Positions 33,501-45,200 of a stretch of 64,000 bases of DNA are shown here, piece after piece. Made by a program: the position numbers and the translations under genes. Source of the stretch: a virus; IMG/VR virus record IMGVR_UViG_3300008261_000005; one strand, 5' to 3'. The notes beneath the pieces are model-generated. The model ran no database searches. It was not told the DNA's origin and saw nothing but the letters and a program-made list of their open reading frames with translations. How positions within the stretch are numbered: position 1 is the first letter of the stretch; the number at the start of each line of letters is the position of its first letter.

Positions 33501-36500
33501 CGAAAATGCTGCGGCATTATTAAAAATTAACAAAAATTTTATCAAAGCACAAGTAGTTGCAAAAGTTGCAGCTGATAATCCAACACTAGTTTACCCTGAA
33601 GTAAAAATTAATATAGAAACTGGTCACATTGTAGATGCTCTGGTACACGATTTGTTATACGGCGGCAACAGCGAAACATTAGAATTATCATATGCGTTTT
33701 ATGTAGGAAGAAAATTACAACTATCTTCAATATATAAACCAGTTTTTCTAACATCGTGTGAATATATTAGAACAATATCACGTGATATTATTGCCAACGT
33801 AACAGTAATACCATTACAGACTGAAGTTACACAAACAACTGGCGCAACAGGTGAAACTCTTGCTCTTGCAAAAATTAATACATTGGTAACTTCTACTTTA
33901 GTTACTGTTATCAACGGTGGTGTAACTGCTGCACCAGCAAGAAGTTACGCTACTTATAGATTATTGCTATCAGGGTCAACCCCGTTGGGATCAACAATAC
34001 TAACATCGTTACCATCCGATATTACTATTGTTGGTGCTGGAAATACAAGTATGTTGTCTAATGACTTTACACAAATTAACGATTTGGGTTATGGTCTTAT
34101 TGCTATAAACAAAGGACTAGTTGAAACAGTTTCAGTATTCTCATACTATTGCCATACGGCATTTTATGCTAAGAGTGGTGGACAGATTCGTTCATTAAAC
34201 GGGTCAACAGCATACGGCGTTTATGGTTTAGTTGCTGAAGGTGGTGATCCGTTAGAAGTACCAGATAATATTACGCTAGCCGACGATATGATTCAAGTGG
34301 CTAGAATTTACAAATTGGGAACATTTGTAAACACAGGTGACCTTAATGATACTTCATGGATTGTACACGACTTTAGTTACCCAATCGCAGCAATTAGCGA
34401 TATTGAAATTAATCACGGATCAACATTGGGTATTGCTAGATATGAAGTAAACCGCTGTGAAGATGTTTCTTTAGATGCTGGATTACCACTTGGATCACTA
34501 ATACGTATCAATTTAACTACCAGTGTATCAGATACACTGGCAGGATTAATTGGACCTCTAACACATGACCAGACCGTTATTGTTAGGGCTAAACGTTCAT
34601 TTAGATTTTATGATGTTACTGAAACAAACCCTATTAGACCTAGCACTGCATTGACGTTCATTGGTGATCCAAGTCCAGAAACTCCAGCAGTTTACAGAGC
34701 TGTTGCATACGCTAGTACAAACTCTCTTGGAGTACCACTACAATCAGCTGCACAATCAATAGTGTCATCTGTATCTAGAACCAGCGGAGTTGCTACAGTA
34801 GTCACCTTAGCTGCTCACGGTTTAATTAGTGGAAAATTTGCGGAAGTTGATGTTAGTATATCATCGTTCAACACCACGTTTGCCACCGTCACTGTAATTG
34901 ACTCTGTAACATTTACATATGCAAATGCTGGCCCTGATGTAGCAACTACAACAGCTACTGGAATTTGTATTCCTAATAAAGAAGCACAGATTCGTATTGA
35001 CCAGGACTACAGATATATTCAATTGACTGTAAAACAACTCAGTGTTGTCAACGGTGATATTGTATCATTAGCAAGAGCAGCAGATGTGGCAACTGTTTAT
35101 ATTGATGAGCCACACGGATTAAATGTTGGTGAAATTATTTCTATCAATGCAGATGATGTGCTATATGATGTTGATTATGTTACAATTCTTTCTACTCCAA
35201 CGCCTTACTCGGTAACATACGCAAACCCAGGAGCCAGTGAAGCTACAAAGGTAGGAACTGGTACATTAAGTATTTTAATAGTATCAAAACTTGGCTATGT
35301 TGACATAAGTTTCATTAGTAGAAATGGCAGTAACGTTGCTCAAGCAGTTTGTGCTCGACCACACGGATTATCCACTGGTAATCTTGTTGATATTAGTATT
35401 GATGATGCTACTTATAACGGAACTGGAATTAGTGTAACCGTTGTTAATCAAACCACCTTTACATATGCAAACACTGGATCATTAGAAACGGAAAAATTTG
35501 TGCTAGGTACATGTATCCGAGGCACAAGTACCTTAGGTGCAACTGCGGGGGATAGGCAATTTGCAATTAGCCGAGTAACAACTCCTGAGATTGCTAGACT
35601 GAACACTGGACAAATGCTTACTGCATGGAATGGTAAAGTTTTTAGAATCACAAACTATTTTGATAAAGGTGTAAGTGCAAACTACGGTATCATATCTATT
35701 GAAGATTACTTTGATATTAATACAGCAGAGGACTCCGTTCCAACAATTGGTCTAACTAGTTCATTGACACACGTAACTAACTTGGATTTATCATCAAACA
35801 TCTTCTCATTACGTGCTGGCTTAGCAGCTGAAGAAAATGTAGAAATTTTAGTTAACATTAGTACTTGTCGTGCTACGGGACATGATTTCTTAGATATTGG
35901 TACTGGTGGATATAACGCTTCAAATTATCCAAGTAAAATTTATGGACGTGGTGGATTACCAGGCGGTCTCAGTGTTGAAGTTGTTGAAAAAACACAAGGT
36001 CGTGTTTTCTGGATATCAACAGATCAAAACGGTTTCTTCCGTGTAGGTAGATTTTTTACAGTTGACCAAGGCACTGGCAGCGTAAGTTTTAATGCTAATA
36101 TTGGTCTTACTGGTCTGAGTTCATTGGCATTGACATCGGGTCGTGAAATTAACGAGTTCTCAGAAGACAGCGAATTTATTGACATGGCTGATGACTCAGT
36201 TCCAACTGAAAATGCCGTTGGTACTTATATTGATAGACGACTTGGAATGAATAAGGAAAATGTTCCAATTTCAAGTCTAGCATTGTCAGCAGTTGGTCCA
36301 GGATATATGGACCGTGCTGGTATTTTGGAAGCAACTGCTGATTTAAGATTTGGCGGATTCAAACTTAAAAACGTTGGCGCTCCAGTATCAGATACTGATG
36401 CTGCACATAAGTTATATGTTGACAGTTTAGTTGCACAATATGATTCCGTTGATGCATTAAAGAACGTAAACATTTTTAGTCCACAACCAGCAGACGTGGC

Positions 36501-38115
36501 AGCTTTCCCAATTGCTGGTGGGGCAATAATTAGTGCAACTATTTCAGGTGATATTACTGCTACATTTAGCAGTGCTGATACAACAACCTTAGTAGGCCCA
36601 ATTACTGGCATAACACAGTTAGATGTCAACAGTGGTATTACTGTAGTGAACATTACTGGATTTCCAACATCAGGCTACTTAAAGATTAACGATGAAATAT
36701 TTTATTATGCCAGCGTAACTGGAGCATCAAACAGATTTGATGATGTTGTACGTTTAAGTGTAAGTTCAGCTACTGATATCAAGTTTGGTCCAGACTTCCA
36801 AGACCCGTCAACTCACAGTGCTGGATCTATAGTTCACGGATTAAATGATGCACAATTAAATTATCAAATTAACCCTGGTGTCATTATTGATGCCGATGTA
36901 AACTCTGGAGCTGATATTGCACAAAGCAAGTTGTTAATGAATTTGGCAACTGCCCGTGCAACAGTTCCAACTGGTACTGCTAGAGCAAAACAAAACTTGA
37001 GCGGATTAGCAAGTTTTGATTCAGCTAATTTTGAAGTTGCAGAAGGATGGGTTGGAATTAAAGCTGGCGGTGTCGCAAGATCTGAAATGGCCAACATTGA
37101 TAATAAAGCAATCTTAGGCAACTTCACAGGAGCTTCTGCGGCACCTCAACAAGTTAGTTCACAAAGTATTGTTGAAGAAGGCTTACGTACAGCATTTAAT
37201 ACTACCGGCGTTGTAACTATTACAGCGGTTGCTGGTACTAGTCCAAACAACGTAAACAGCTATGCTATTACAAGCGTGACTACTACTGGCGGCAATGATA
37301 GTTTAGTAAAAACATTAAGTGCTGGAGAAATTGACGTTAAACAATTAAAAGTTGACGGTTACAAAATAATTGACACTGCAAGTACACACGTTGAATTTTA
37401 CAGTCCAGCTGCTGGAACTGCATTTAACTTTATGAGTTCGGCAGGTACCGATCCAACTGGTACAACTTATATTCATAATAATCTCGATGTTGCCACTGGC
37501 CTAAATGTAACCGGAGTTTTAACTTCAACAAATATCACAACTGGATCGTTATTAGGCAGCGGTTCATTAACGGGTGTTTGGACCTTACAAGATACCAGTA
37601 AACTAGTTTTAGAAACTGGCGGTATAATTGACGCAAGAGCTGGTAGCATAGAAGTTGATGATATCACAACTGGAAGTGCAACAACTCGAGGTGATATCCA
37701 AGGTGAGTGGCATTTGGATGGCACATTTGAAGCTACATACGCTGACTTGGCAGAGTGGTACGCATCTGACCAAGAATATGAACCAGGTACTGTACTAGTA
37801 TTTGGTGGCGCAGCAGAAGTAACAACAACATTTATTTCATCTGATAGTAGAGTTGCTGGTGTGGTAACAACTAATCCAGCCTATGTGATGAATAAAGATT
37901 TACAAGGTACAAGAGCTTGTATTGCGCTCCAAGGGCGTGTGCCAGTAAAAGTATTGGGAATTATTAAAAAGGGCGATCTAATAACTACCGCAGCCCAAGC
38001 TGGTTATGGATGTAAAGCAATGAATCCACAAGTTGGAACTATTATTGGTAAGGCAATTGCTGATAAACTGGACCCTGGCAAGGGAATTGTTGAAGTAGCG
38101 GTAGGGAGAATATAA
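30511..38115 (+). CDS. Giant virion protein (baseplate/tail-fibre-like), 2534 aa
   Basis: N-terminal DGTGDSIRESFRKVNANFNELY like T4 gp9/gp10; three HGL...TFTY repeats; C-terminal ADLAEWY...ALQGRVPVK...IIGKA chaperone-like domain. Confidence 0.8.
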   Translation: MARQSIDIGVQGNDGTGDSIRESFRKVNANFNELYAIFNTGDRIGFTDLDGTPNTLGSNQILTSDDAGAEVLARDLVQGNNVTIDVSDPTKITISATGGDIVNDEFPTLGGPLNGLGVFPIGKIAEPSVQAVQDFNDRHGPGGTTVTIDELAITKGYADRRYIQQTGGSSAGQIRLRDEPLNASGYTKLIDVFADGNASITAHGYDSGADGIAFTYNSTGGNATGLTETVNAGSFVVGRTYIISSAGNTTWTSIGAVDNLLGTKFIATGVGSGSGVAKSVYFLKYVSASQLSFFHTFEDARNGTNRITVSGGSGVQTLTDAFYDSNLEGFWLSNEALPRKSVVRRQGDTMTGALTLHDHPGSLAGSGTPNGDDDLQAATKYYVDNSSFASTINLFVSVSGDDNQTNTPPGKEGRALAYAFKSIYTACEYAETLIAAAQPEPGPYQQVIAYGEGISQSRVTNITPSPEGFTRIFFTNNNGTEVDQGNPLNTDIIPGKLLQGMNSDARATIVFYYGADGSSTIGEDYIDVDVVSGEFQINETLKYGESVKELNITINVESGIYYEDLPIRLPANVAIIGDEMRRTIIRPRNRISKSKYSNVAFFRDKTFDGLRLTEYTGTNLAPATTATSSQLTGDVVITLGTGTASSTWIGGFFKATQGTGEYPAEGVITAVNTNTFNVTLHDDFSSLTPVTSGNWTIFQTTNYGRHYLQDPALRENTIILDIEDTYPKASALLLSNKELIKDEVIRYMDVTYPTLPYDDVEFSRSVGLIVDAMSADLLTGEIDNVLSVGEQYFDPSRSPLAVTTQKTETLVGIQYINTLAQQIITNTTLSPKRGTIAQVKDLVNPGETESSTRISGQVGAIKAAIGKYDVGSIYNPPKNNLEMDVFLCNDSVILRQICVQGHGGFMMVLDPAGQILSKSPYCQQSSSFSGSINKQRFAGGQFVDGFNANLSAIVTTKINSTNIDVTNTDRKPQVPAFFQVNANRYRIDAVNYSGNGYENAAALLKINKNFIKAQVVAKVAADNPTLVYPEVKINIETGHIVDALVHDLLYGGNSETLELSYAFYVGRKLQLSSIYKPVFLTSCEYIRTISRDIIANVTVIPLQTEVTQTTGATGETLALAKINTLVTSTLVTVINGGVTAAPARSYATYRLLLSGSTPLGSTILTSLPSDITIVGAGNTSMLSNDFTQINDLGYGLIAINKGLVETVSVFSYYCHTAFYAKSGGQIRSLNGSTAYGVYGLVAEGGDPLEVPDNITLADDMIQVARIYKLGTFVNTGDLNDTSWIVHDFSYPIAAISDIEINHGSTLGIARYEVNRCEDVSLDAGLPLGSLIRINLTTSVSDTLAGLIGPLTHDQTVIVRAKRSFRFYDVTETNPIRPSTALTFIGDPSPETPAVYRAVAYASTNSLGVPLQSAAQSIVSSVSRTSGVATVVTLAAHGLISGKFAEVDVSISSFNTTFATVTVIDSVTFTYANAGPDVATTTATGICIPNKEAQIRIDQDYRYIQLTVKQLSVVNGDIVSLARAADVATVYIDEPHGLNVGEIISINADDVLYDVDYVTILSTPTPYSVTYANPGASEATKVGTGTLSILIVSKLGYVDISFISRNGSNVAQAVCARPHGLSTGNLVDISIDDATYNGTGISVTVVNQTTFTYANTGSLETEKFVLGTCIRGTSTLGATAGDRQFAISRVTTPEIARLNTGQMLTAWNGKVFRITNYFDKGVSANYGIISIEDYFDINTAEDSVPTIGLTSSLTHVTNLDLSSNIFSLRAGLAAEENVEILVNISTCRATGHDFLDIGTGGYNASNYPSKIYGRGGLPGGLSVEVVEKTQGRVFWISTDQNGFFRVGRFFTVDQGTGSVSFNANIGLTGLSSLALTSGREINEFSEDSEFIDMADDSVPTENAVGTYIDRRLGMNKENVPISSLALSAVGPGYMDRAGILEATADLRFGGFKLKNVGAPVSDTDAAHKLYVDSLVAQYDSVDALKNVNIFSPQPADVAAFPIAGGAIISATISGDITATFSSADTTTLVGPITGITQLDVNSGITVVNITGFPTSGYLKINDEIFYYASVTGASNRFDDVVRLSVSSATDIKFGPDFQDPSTHSAGSIVHGLNDAQLNYQINPGVIIDADVNSGADIAQSKLLMNLATARATVPTGTARAKQNLSGLASFDSANFEVAEGWVGIKAGGVARSEMANIDNKAILGNFTGASAAPQQVSSQSIVEEGLRTAFNTTGVVTITAVAGTSPNNVNSYAITSVTTTGGNDSLVKTLSAGEIDVKQLKVDGYKIIDTASTHVEFYSPAAGTAFNFMSSAGTDPTGTTYIHNNLDVATGLNVTGVLTSTNITTGSLLGSGSLTGVWTLQDTSKLVLETGGIIDARAGSIEVDDITTGSATTRGDIQGEWHLDGTFEATYADLAEWYASDQEYEPGTVLVFGGAAEVTTTFISSDSRVAGVVTTNPAYVMNKDLQGTRACIALQGRVPVKVLGIIKKGDLITTAAQAGYGCKAMNPQVGTIIGKAIADKLDPGKGIVEVAVGRI

Positions 38116-41100
38116 TGGCAAAATTAAATATCAATATTGGTACGGCAGACAAGGGTGACGGAGATCCGTTACGTGTAGCGTTTAGTAAAGTTAACGACAA
38201 CTTTACTGAGCTTTATACAGCACTGGGATTAGATGTTGCTCCTTTAAACCTGGGAGCATTTGAGTTTACGGGCAGTGTGATGAGCACTACTGATAGTTCA
38301 GCAATCACTATCGATCAAGCAACTACTATAACTAGCAACTTGACTGTGGGTGGGGACATATTACCCAGCACAAACTTAGGTGGAAACCTTGGTAGTCCCA
38401 CTCAAATGTGGAAGAGTTTGTATGTTAGCAACAACACCATATACATCAACAATGTTCCATTAAGGATTAACGCTTCTTTAACGGTCACCGATGCCGGCGA
38501 GTTATATGTTGACGGACAGTTATTTTCAGGTGGAGGTGGATCCATATCTGACTTTGGTGAAGGCTTTACTGATTCATTAGATGCTGGAAAGATTACCACC
38601 AGCAAACTGTATAATGAAAATCCTAACCAAGGACTCAACAACCAGTATGTACTGGAAGTCACTAATGGTGGTGTTGTTGTATTGCCAGATCAAAGTATCA
38701 TCAACGGTGCTACACTAAAAACTGTTGCGGGCAACTATGCTGGTATCACAGCAGGACCCGCAAGCCCAGCAGGCAAGGATGAAGATTCGTGGGTGTGGGT
38801 TGACAACAATGGCGCTACTATTGCCACAAAATACAGTACAGATGCTCATACTTGGACATTTAACAACAGTGGTGCATTAACATTCCCACAAGGCACCACA
38901 ATTGCCACCGCTGACGGAACAGATGCATTTATCATAGACGGTGCTGTTGACAAAGATATTCAAATATATACCTACAGTGGTCCTACTCCTACTGCTCACG
39001 GTTGGACGTTTGGCGCAGATGGTAACTTAACACTACCAGCTGGTGGTGCCATTAATAACACCGACGGTATCAAACTTGTGACTGATAGAGGCACATTGGC
39101 CATTGGCACTAACATGGAATTGCCAGGTGTGGCAGGACACTTCCACATTGCCTTTAACGGCAGTAACAGTAATCCACCCGCTAGTGATCTGTTCCTGGGT
39201 GACGACTACAACTATGTTAAATTGCCTGGATCTCAACTCAATCCTGATACATTTGGTGTGGAGATTGGCACAGACAATAGAAACCTTGGCCTGCAGAATA
39301 TTGAAGTTGATGATGTAGATGAACTTGTGCCACCAGGTGGCGTTTGGCGTTTGTTTATTGACCACGAAGATTATCCCAACTTGGGATCTTCGGTCAGCGT
39401 AGGTGACACAGTGACCACATCATGGGGAACACCCATAACTGCCACAATCACAGACGTTGTTGAAGAACCTGGTAACTCCTGGAAAATTCATGTTGCTCAA
39501 GATATTACAGCAGGATTTGAAGAACCTGGTGCAACCCAAACAGTTTCATTTGGTACATCAGGCCTCAGTTATACTTGGCGATTTGGCACAGATGGTGATT
39601 TAGCGATTCCACCGGGCAAGACCATCCGTGACGCTATGACTGGTGATGACTTGCTAGATATCAAAGTGGTTCGTCAAGACACAGCACCCACAGCAGACAA
39701 TGGTACCTTATGGTTCAACACAGTTGAAGGTAGACTCTACATCAAGTACAGCGATGTGTGGGTTGATGCGGCACCTTTAGTTCAACCTCCACCAGACACT
39801 GACATTGATGTCGTATCGATCACATTCCCAGATGCGTCAGTATTAACTTCTGTGGCGGACCTAACTCCAGATAGATTAGTCAGCGGCGTTCATGAACTGG
39901 TGCTTGGCACAGATGGTACACTAACACTACCAAATGGCATGACCATAGATAGTTATGGTACATCGGGTACAAACGCCACTGTTACTATTGGTGGCGACAA
40001 TACTGAGATTAGAATTGACAACGATGGAGCACCTCCGGGATTCCTTATTACAACTGATAAGACCGGAGAAAGTTATCAATGGTTGTTTGGACCAGATGGT
40101 AGTTTAACATTGCCTACCGGTGGACATATTGGTCCGAGTGGCGGTAAAGGACTAGGTACTACGTATGGCGGCGCAAATGATCATTTAGTAAGTTTAACCA
40201 GTTATTATGATAGTGGTCTATATTCCAGTTGTGTTACTGCTTACGCTGATGGTACATTAAACATCACTGCTTATAATGATGGCGGCCCAAATCCGGCTAA
40301 AATCTGGACATTTGCTAATGATGGTACATTAACCATTCCAGGCGACATCCTCAGTGAAAACGGTATTAATATTGACATCAACTTGAGTGACTCAACACTA
40401 CGCAGATGGCGTTTTGGTGAAGAAGGTGATCTGAACCTACCCCAAGGTAGCACAATAGGTGAAACTGCCACTACCACAGTGATTACACCGCCAGGAGCAT
40501 TGCCTGGGCAGAGTTTGGTTATTCGTCCAACAATAGGAATATTTTCTCTATCAACAGATCATCCAGATGGATTTGTTCCAGGCTCAAGCATAACCATAAC
40601 AACGTCTTCAGTACATGGCGGAGTCGGCACATTAGATTATGAATTTACAGGTGCTACTGCCCAGCAACTGGGCCGCGCAACAACTGGCAGTTTGACAGAT
40701 GTTGATTTGAATGCTCCAGTAGACCTAACTTGGACAATACCAGCACAAAGTAGTATGACTACATTTACCTTTACCCTAGTAAGTGGAACTGGGTTTGGGG
40801 GTGTTACTGGATTGCCTATCGAAATTACCGTTACATTAGACGGTTCGGCAGTATCCGAAAACAACCACGTACACTTGCTATCAGGCAATCCTGCGACCAC
40901 TGACCTATACCTAGGCGATGATGACCAGTATGTCAAGATTGAAAAGAATGGTGGCGATGTTGTCATAGGCACTGACACAGATACCAATCACTGGACATTT
41001 GATACCAGTGGTGGGTTGACATTACCTCAAGGTGGTGTTATTGATGAAACGCCCGCCGGCGAAACACTTACTCTTGTAGGTGCTGGACTAGCCGTGGTAA

Positions 41101-41981
41101 ATCAAACCTACACCAAAGTTGGTTCCACACTTTACTCAGGTAGTAATGGTATAACTATTAACAACCAAAGCGGTGCTGGAACTTGGTACTGTCTTGAAGA
41201 AAACGATGCAAAATACACATCAACTGACCTAATTACTTGGAGTAACAGCACAGGAGGATTACCTGTTCCTACTGGCACAATTAACACACTACCTGAAACT
41301 GTTAATATCACAGTTGGCACTGAAACATGGGCATTTGGCGGAGATGGTAGTACAACATTGCCAGGTGTCCTAGTTAACAGCACAGTGGTCAAAGACGGTC
41401 CAGCACCAAATACCACAGGTGTTGCTCAATCACTATCCGCTAATTTTGAAGGGGATTTGACTGGTCTAACTGACAGCACATATGGTCCGTTTACACTAGA
41501 TGTAGTGACATTCAGTATCGTAGTATTTGGCGGGGTACTATCTGGTTTCAGTAATATTACTGTTAGCGGCGAATCTGTTGTTAACGCTGTGATAGGCACA
41601 ATTGACAGCGGCGAATTCAATGGCGTCGCAGCAGGTACCACCATCACTATCACAGTTGCTTCAGTAGTACAACCAACACCCACAGCACTGGATCTAACTA
41701 AATCCGTCAACAAACTAGCAGAAGGCTTATACTCATTAGCCGACGGTGTTGAAGGACAGATCATGTATTTGGTTCTACGAAATGGCAGTGTTCCAGCTAA
41801 CGTAGCTGTATCAGTTGCTAATAGTCGTATTACTGGAATATCGTATATAGGCGGCAGCACATTGTTGCCGTTTCAAACATATGATGGCACTTCTTCTGTT
41901 GTTGACAACACTGGAATGTGTACATTAATCTTTACAGAAGACCACTGGCAACAACAGGGCGGATACTGGGATTACACTTAA
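38115..41981 (+). CDS. Modular tail-fibre-like protein, 1288 aa
   Basis: Same gp9/gp10-like N-terminus; about nine W-x-F-G-x-D-G-x-L-x-L-P linkers. Confidence 0.8.
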   Translation: MAKLNINIGTADKGDGDPLRVAFSKVNDNFTELYTALGLDVAPLNLGAFEFTGSVMSTTDSSAITIDQATTITSNLTVGGDILPSTNLGGNLGSPTQMWKSLYVSNNTIYINNVPLRINASLTVTDAGELYVDGQLFSGGGGSISDFGEGFTDSLDAGKITTSKLYNENPNQGLNNQYVLEVTNGGVVVLPDQSIINGATLKTVAGNYAGITAGPASPAGKDEDSWVWVDNNGATIATKYSTDAHTWTFNNSGALTFPQGTTIATADGTDAFIIDGAVDKDIQIYTYSGPTPTAHGWTFGADGNLTLPAGGAINNTDGIKLVTDRGTLAIGTNMELPGVAGHFHIAFNGSNSNPPASDLFLGDDYNYVKLPGSQLNPDTFGVEIGTDNRNLGLQNIEVDDVDELVPPGGVWRLFIDHEDYPNLGSSVSVGDTVTTSWGTPITATITDVVEEPGNSWKIHVAQDITAGFEEPGATQTVSFGTSGLSYTWRFGTDGDLAIPPGKTIRDAMTGDDLLDIKVVRQDTAPTADNGTLWFNTVEGRLYIKYSDVWVDAAPLVQPPPDTDIDVVSITFPDASVLTSVADLTPDRLVSGVHELVLGTDGTLTLPNGMTIDSYGTSGTNATVTIGGDNTEIRIDNDGAPPGFLITTDKTGESYQWLFGPDGSLTLPTGGHIGPSGGKGLGTTYGGANDHLVSLTSYYDSGLYSSCVTAYADGTLNITAYNDGGPNPAKIWTFANDGTLTIPGDILSENGINIDINLSDSTLRRWRFGEEGDLNLPQGSTIGETATTTVITPPGALPGQSLVIRPTIGIFSLSTDHPDGFVPGSSITITTSSVHGGVGTLDYEFTGATAQQLGRATTGSLTDVDLNAPVDLTWTIPAQSSMTTFTFTLVSGTGFGGVTGLPIEITVTLDGSAVSENNHVHLLSGNPATTDLYLGDDDQYVKIEKNGGDVVIGTDTDTNHWTFDTSGGLTLPQGGVIDETPAGETLTLVGAGLAVVNQTYTKVGSTLYSGSNGITINNQSGAGTWYCLEENDAKYTSTDLITWSNSTGGLPVPTGTINTLPETVNITVGTETWAFGGDGSTTLPGVLVNSTVVKDGPAPNTTGVAQSLSANFEGDLTGLTDSTYGPFTLDVVTFSIVVFGGVLSGFSNITVSGESVVNAVIGTIDSGEFNGVAAGTTITITVASVVQPTPTALDLTKSVNKLAEGLYSLADGVEGQIMYLVLRNGSVPANVAVSVANSRITGISYIGGSTLLPFQTYDGTSSVVDNTGMCTLIFTEDHWQQQGGYWDYT

Positions 41982-42006
41982 CGATAAATATGAATAGGAC
42001 ACTAAA

Positions 42007-42213
42007 ATGGCAATAACATTTCCAACAGAGCCCACACTAGGGCAAGAATACGTAGGTGACAACGCTGTGACCTATCAATGGACCGGCAGCATTTGGAGCA
42101 CATTAGTTCCTTGGCTAGCAGGTAGAGCACAGTATGTAGCAGAGGGCGGGTTTGCTGATCAAACCTACAACAATAACTTAGACAACACCCTAGACGGTGG
42201 CAACGGAGCATAA
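42007..42213 (+). CDS. Small virion-associated protein
   Basis: MAITFPTEPTLGQEY...YQWTGSIW; TAAATA at 41985. Confidence 0.7.
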   Translation: MAITFPTEPTLGQEYVGDNAVTYQWTGSIWSTLVPWLAGRAQYVAEGGFADQTYNNNLDNTLDGGNGA

Positions 42214-42216
42214 ACA

Positions 42217-45200
42217 ATGACAACAAGAATTAAACTACGCCGTGACACAGCGGCAAACTGGACACAAACTAATCCCGTACTAGCCGCCGGCGAACCAGGA
42301 TTAGAAACAGATACTGGCAAGGTCAAGTATGGTAATGGCACCAGTACTTGGTCACAGTTGAGTTATGGTGGTGGTGGAGCCGCAAGTCTTACAGACGAAG
42401 GCAATGTTGTAATCACAGCAGGCTCAACAGAGCATTGGATTGCCACACAGCGTAGCGAAGAAGGAAACACCACTCCCAATGCCCTGCGTTATGACAGCCT
42501 GGGTAATCTTTACTCATTGACTCGAACTGATGAAGATAATGACAATTACTCTATAGCAGTTCTTACCAAATACACAGCCACTGGCACCGTGGCCTGGCAA
42601 AAATCATTCAGTGAGTATTATCCAGTAGCATTGGCCGTAGACAGTTCAGATCGTGCTTACATTACTCTTAACGAAGACGGGCCTCGTGTCACTGTGATGC
42701 AGTTTTTTTCAGTGGTTGATGGTGGTCTAGGACCTAGCATAGTGTTAATAATGGAAATCAGCATCACTGATGGCTCAGTGCTGTTGAAAAAATCCTTACA
42801 GTTGCCCGTAACAGATCTTGTGGTTGTTACAGGTATCGACGTTGACCCTGATGAGAATGTTTTTGTCACTGGTTATTACAACGACACCAATGCTGGTATT
42901 GACAAGATGTTCATTGAAAAACTAGATGAAGATCTAGCGGAGGTGTGGAGCAAGAGTTTAGAAGCACCTGACAACTATGACATGTACGGGGGTGACTGTG
43001 CCAGTGACGCACTGGGCAATATCTATGTGGTAGGTACTTATGAAGTTAAAACTACAAATAGTGATATCAATAACACTCCAGAAGCTTCTGCTGGTATATT
43101 GACCAAACTGAACTCAAGTGGTGCAGTACAATGGACACGCAGACTTGGCCCAGGACCTTGCGGCAGTTGGATCGCAGGATTGACAGCCACTGCCACAGGC
43201 GATGTTTATCTATCATCAGTGACATTTGCCAAGAAAACAGGCCCAATACCCGATGTTCCAGAAAATGGATTAGAAGGTCTTGGACAGAACAAGATGATTG
43301 TGGCTCGCTATGACACACAGGGTGCGGTGATTTGGCAACGCTACGTTGATGTGGCTCACTTAGAAGAAGAGGAACCTAATCAAGGTCCCACCGTCCGTGG
43401 CCAGGCCATAGCAGTATTTGAGGACAAGTTTGCAGTAGACGGTTATGGAGAAAGTTGGAATACTACACCGTTCGACAACGGCAGTTCAGCAGACGACGAA
43501 TACGATTACTTTGTGGTACAGTTGCCCACAGCAGGCACAGACTTGACCATTGGTGGTTTACACTTCACAGAAAGTCGTGTGCCAGGACGCTTTGTTACCC
43601 ACACTACCAGCGACAGTCCTCTAACTCATGAAAACTGGGATGGAACTATTACCGCAACAAATTCCACACTGGTACCAGACGCCGACACCACTGTGGCCAA
43701 CAGCCTAGTACAGAGCGAAACTTATCAGTATACATTTGGTGCTGACGGTACACTGACAATCCCCAATGACGGCGATTTACGACTAACACAGACGCAGGTA
43801 GGTTGGTTTATCGGCCTAGACAGCCGTCCCAGCAATGACGACATCGAAGGCGATTGCGTTGCGGTTGACTCACAGGGCTACAGTTATATAGGTGGCGAAG
43901 AAGACGACAGTGACGATATATTTGTAATGAAGGTCAGTCCTGAAGGTGAAAGACTATGGAGCGTGACCGTTTATGAAGATGCCAACGGCGACGATGGTAA
44001 TATAACCGCCCTCAAAATTCATCCCGTCACAGGCAACATCATGGCATTGGGTTGGGTTTACGGCACCTATACCTACAGCGTGTTATACACTTTAGATCAA
44101 GATACTGGTCGTCTTTTAAATGTTACAGAATTCAAAGACAGTGACGCTGATGTCGAGTTAAACACCATTGCCTGGACCAGCGACGGAGCCTATGTGGTAG
44201 GTGGTAGAAAAATGGGCGAGTTCAGTGCAGAGTTTCCTGTAGTCCCACAAACAGGCAGCGGTGTAGGCACTATTGTGATTTTAAGAAGTGCTGTTCCAGA
44301 AGTTGAGTATATCAATGACGAATGGCAGATTGGCGGAACTGGTATTTCGCCGTTCCAAACTGTTAACTTTTCGGAACGCTACACTGGATTGACTGGTACA
44401 ACACGAGAAGGTTCAGGTGCTGACTTCACCGTCACTGACAATGGTAATGGAACTTACACTGCTCAGGCCGCCCTTGCTGGTACAAACTATCTACCAGGAC
44501 ACAAGATCAAGATTTTAGGTACTGATCTTGGCGGTGCTACACCCGCTAACGATTGTACTATCACAATAGACACAATAACCCTAAGTGGTGGTATTGTCGA
44601 CGTAAGCAATTCCGGAACAGCCGCCGGTACTGAAATACATGTATATTCTGTATCGGGTACTAACTTTGAAGTAGGTTCTGGACTTACCTTTACAATACAA
44701 GGACCGTTCATCGACAACGATTACGGCAGCAATTTTAATATCACTTCTCAAGGTAGTAACTATGTCAATGGCGATGTTATTACTGTTCTAGGTACAAGCC
44801 TGGGCGGTGCTAGCCCAGCCAACAATATGACTTTTACTCTTTTTGTGGACAATGGTCAAGTTCAATATGTATACGATGTTGCAGGCACAAGTCAATCAAC
44901 AACTTGGAAGATAGAAACAACTGCACAAGTTGACTTTAGTGCCGCAGGTAGTTGGTCAGTGACCTACTCACGAGACAATGACTGTGTGCTGATTACTCCT
45001 ACTTGGCAGCGTACATTTGGTACAGCAAAAGAAAAGTTTGATGAAATAATTACACTGACAGTGGACAGTCAAGACAATATCATTGCGACAGGTGATGGAT
45101 ATGGAGAATTGGCAGCGAACAATTTTGATGATCTATCAGTGGTCTACAAGTTCAACAGCACAGGCACATTACAATGGGCTCGTCAACTCAACGGTGGAAA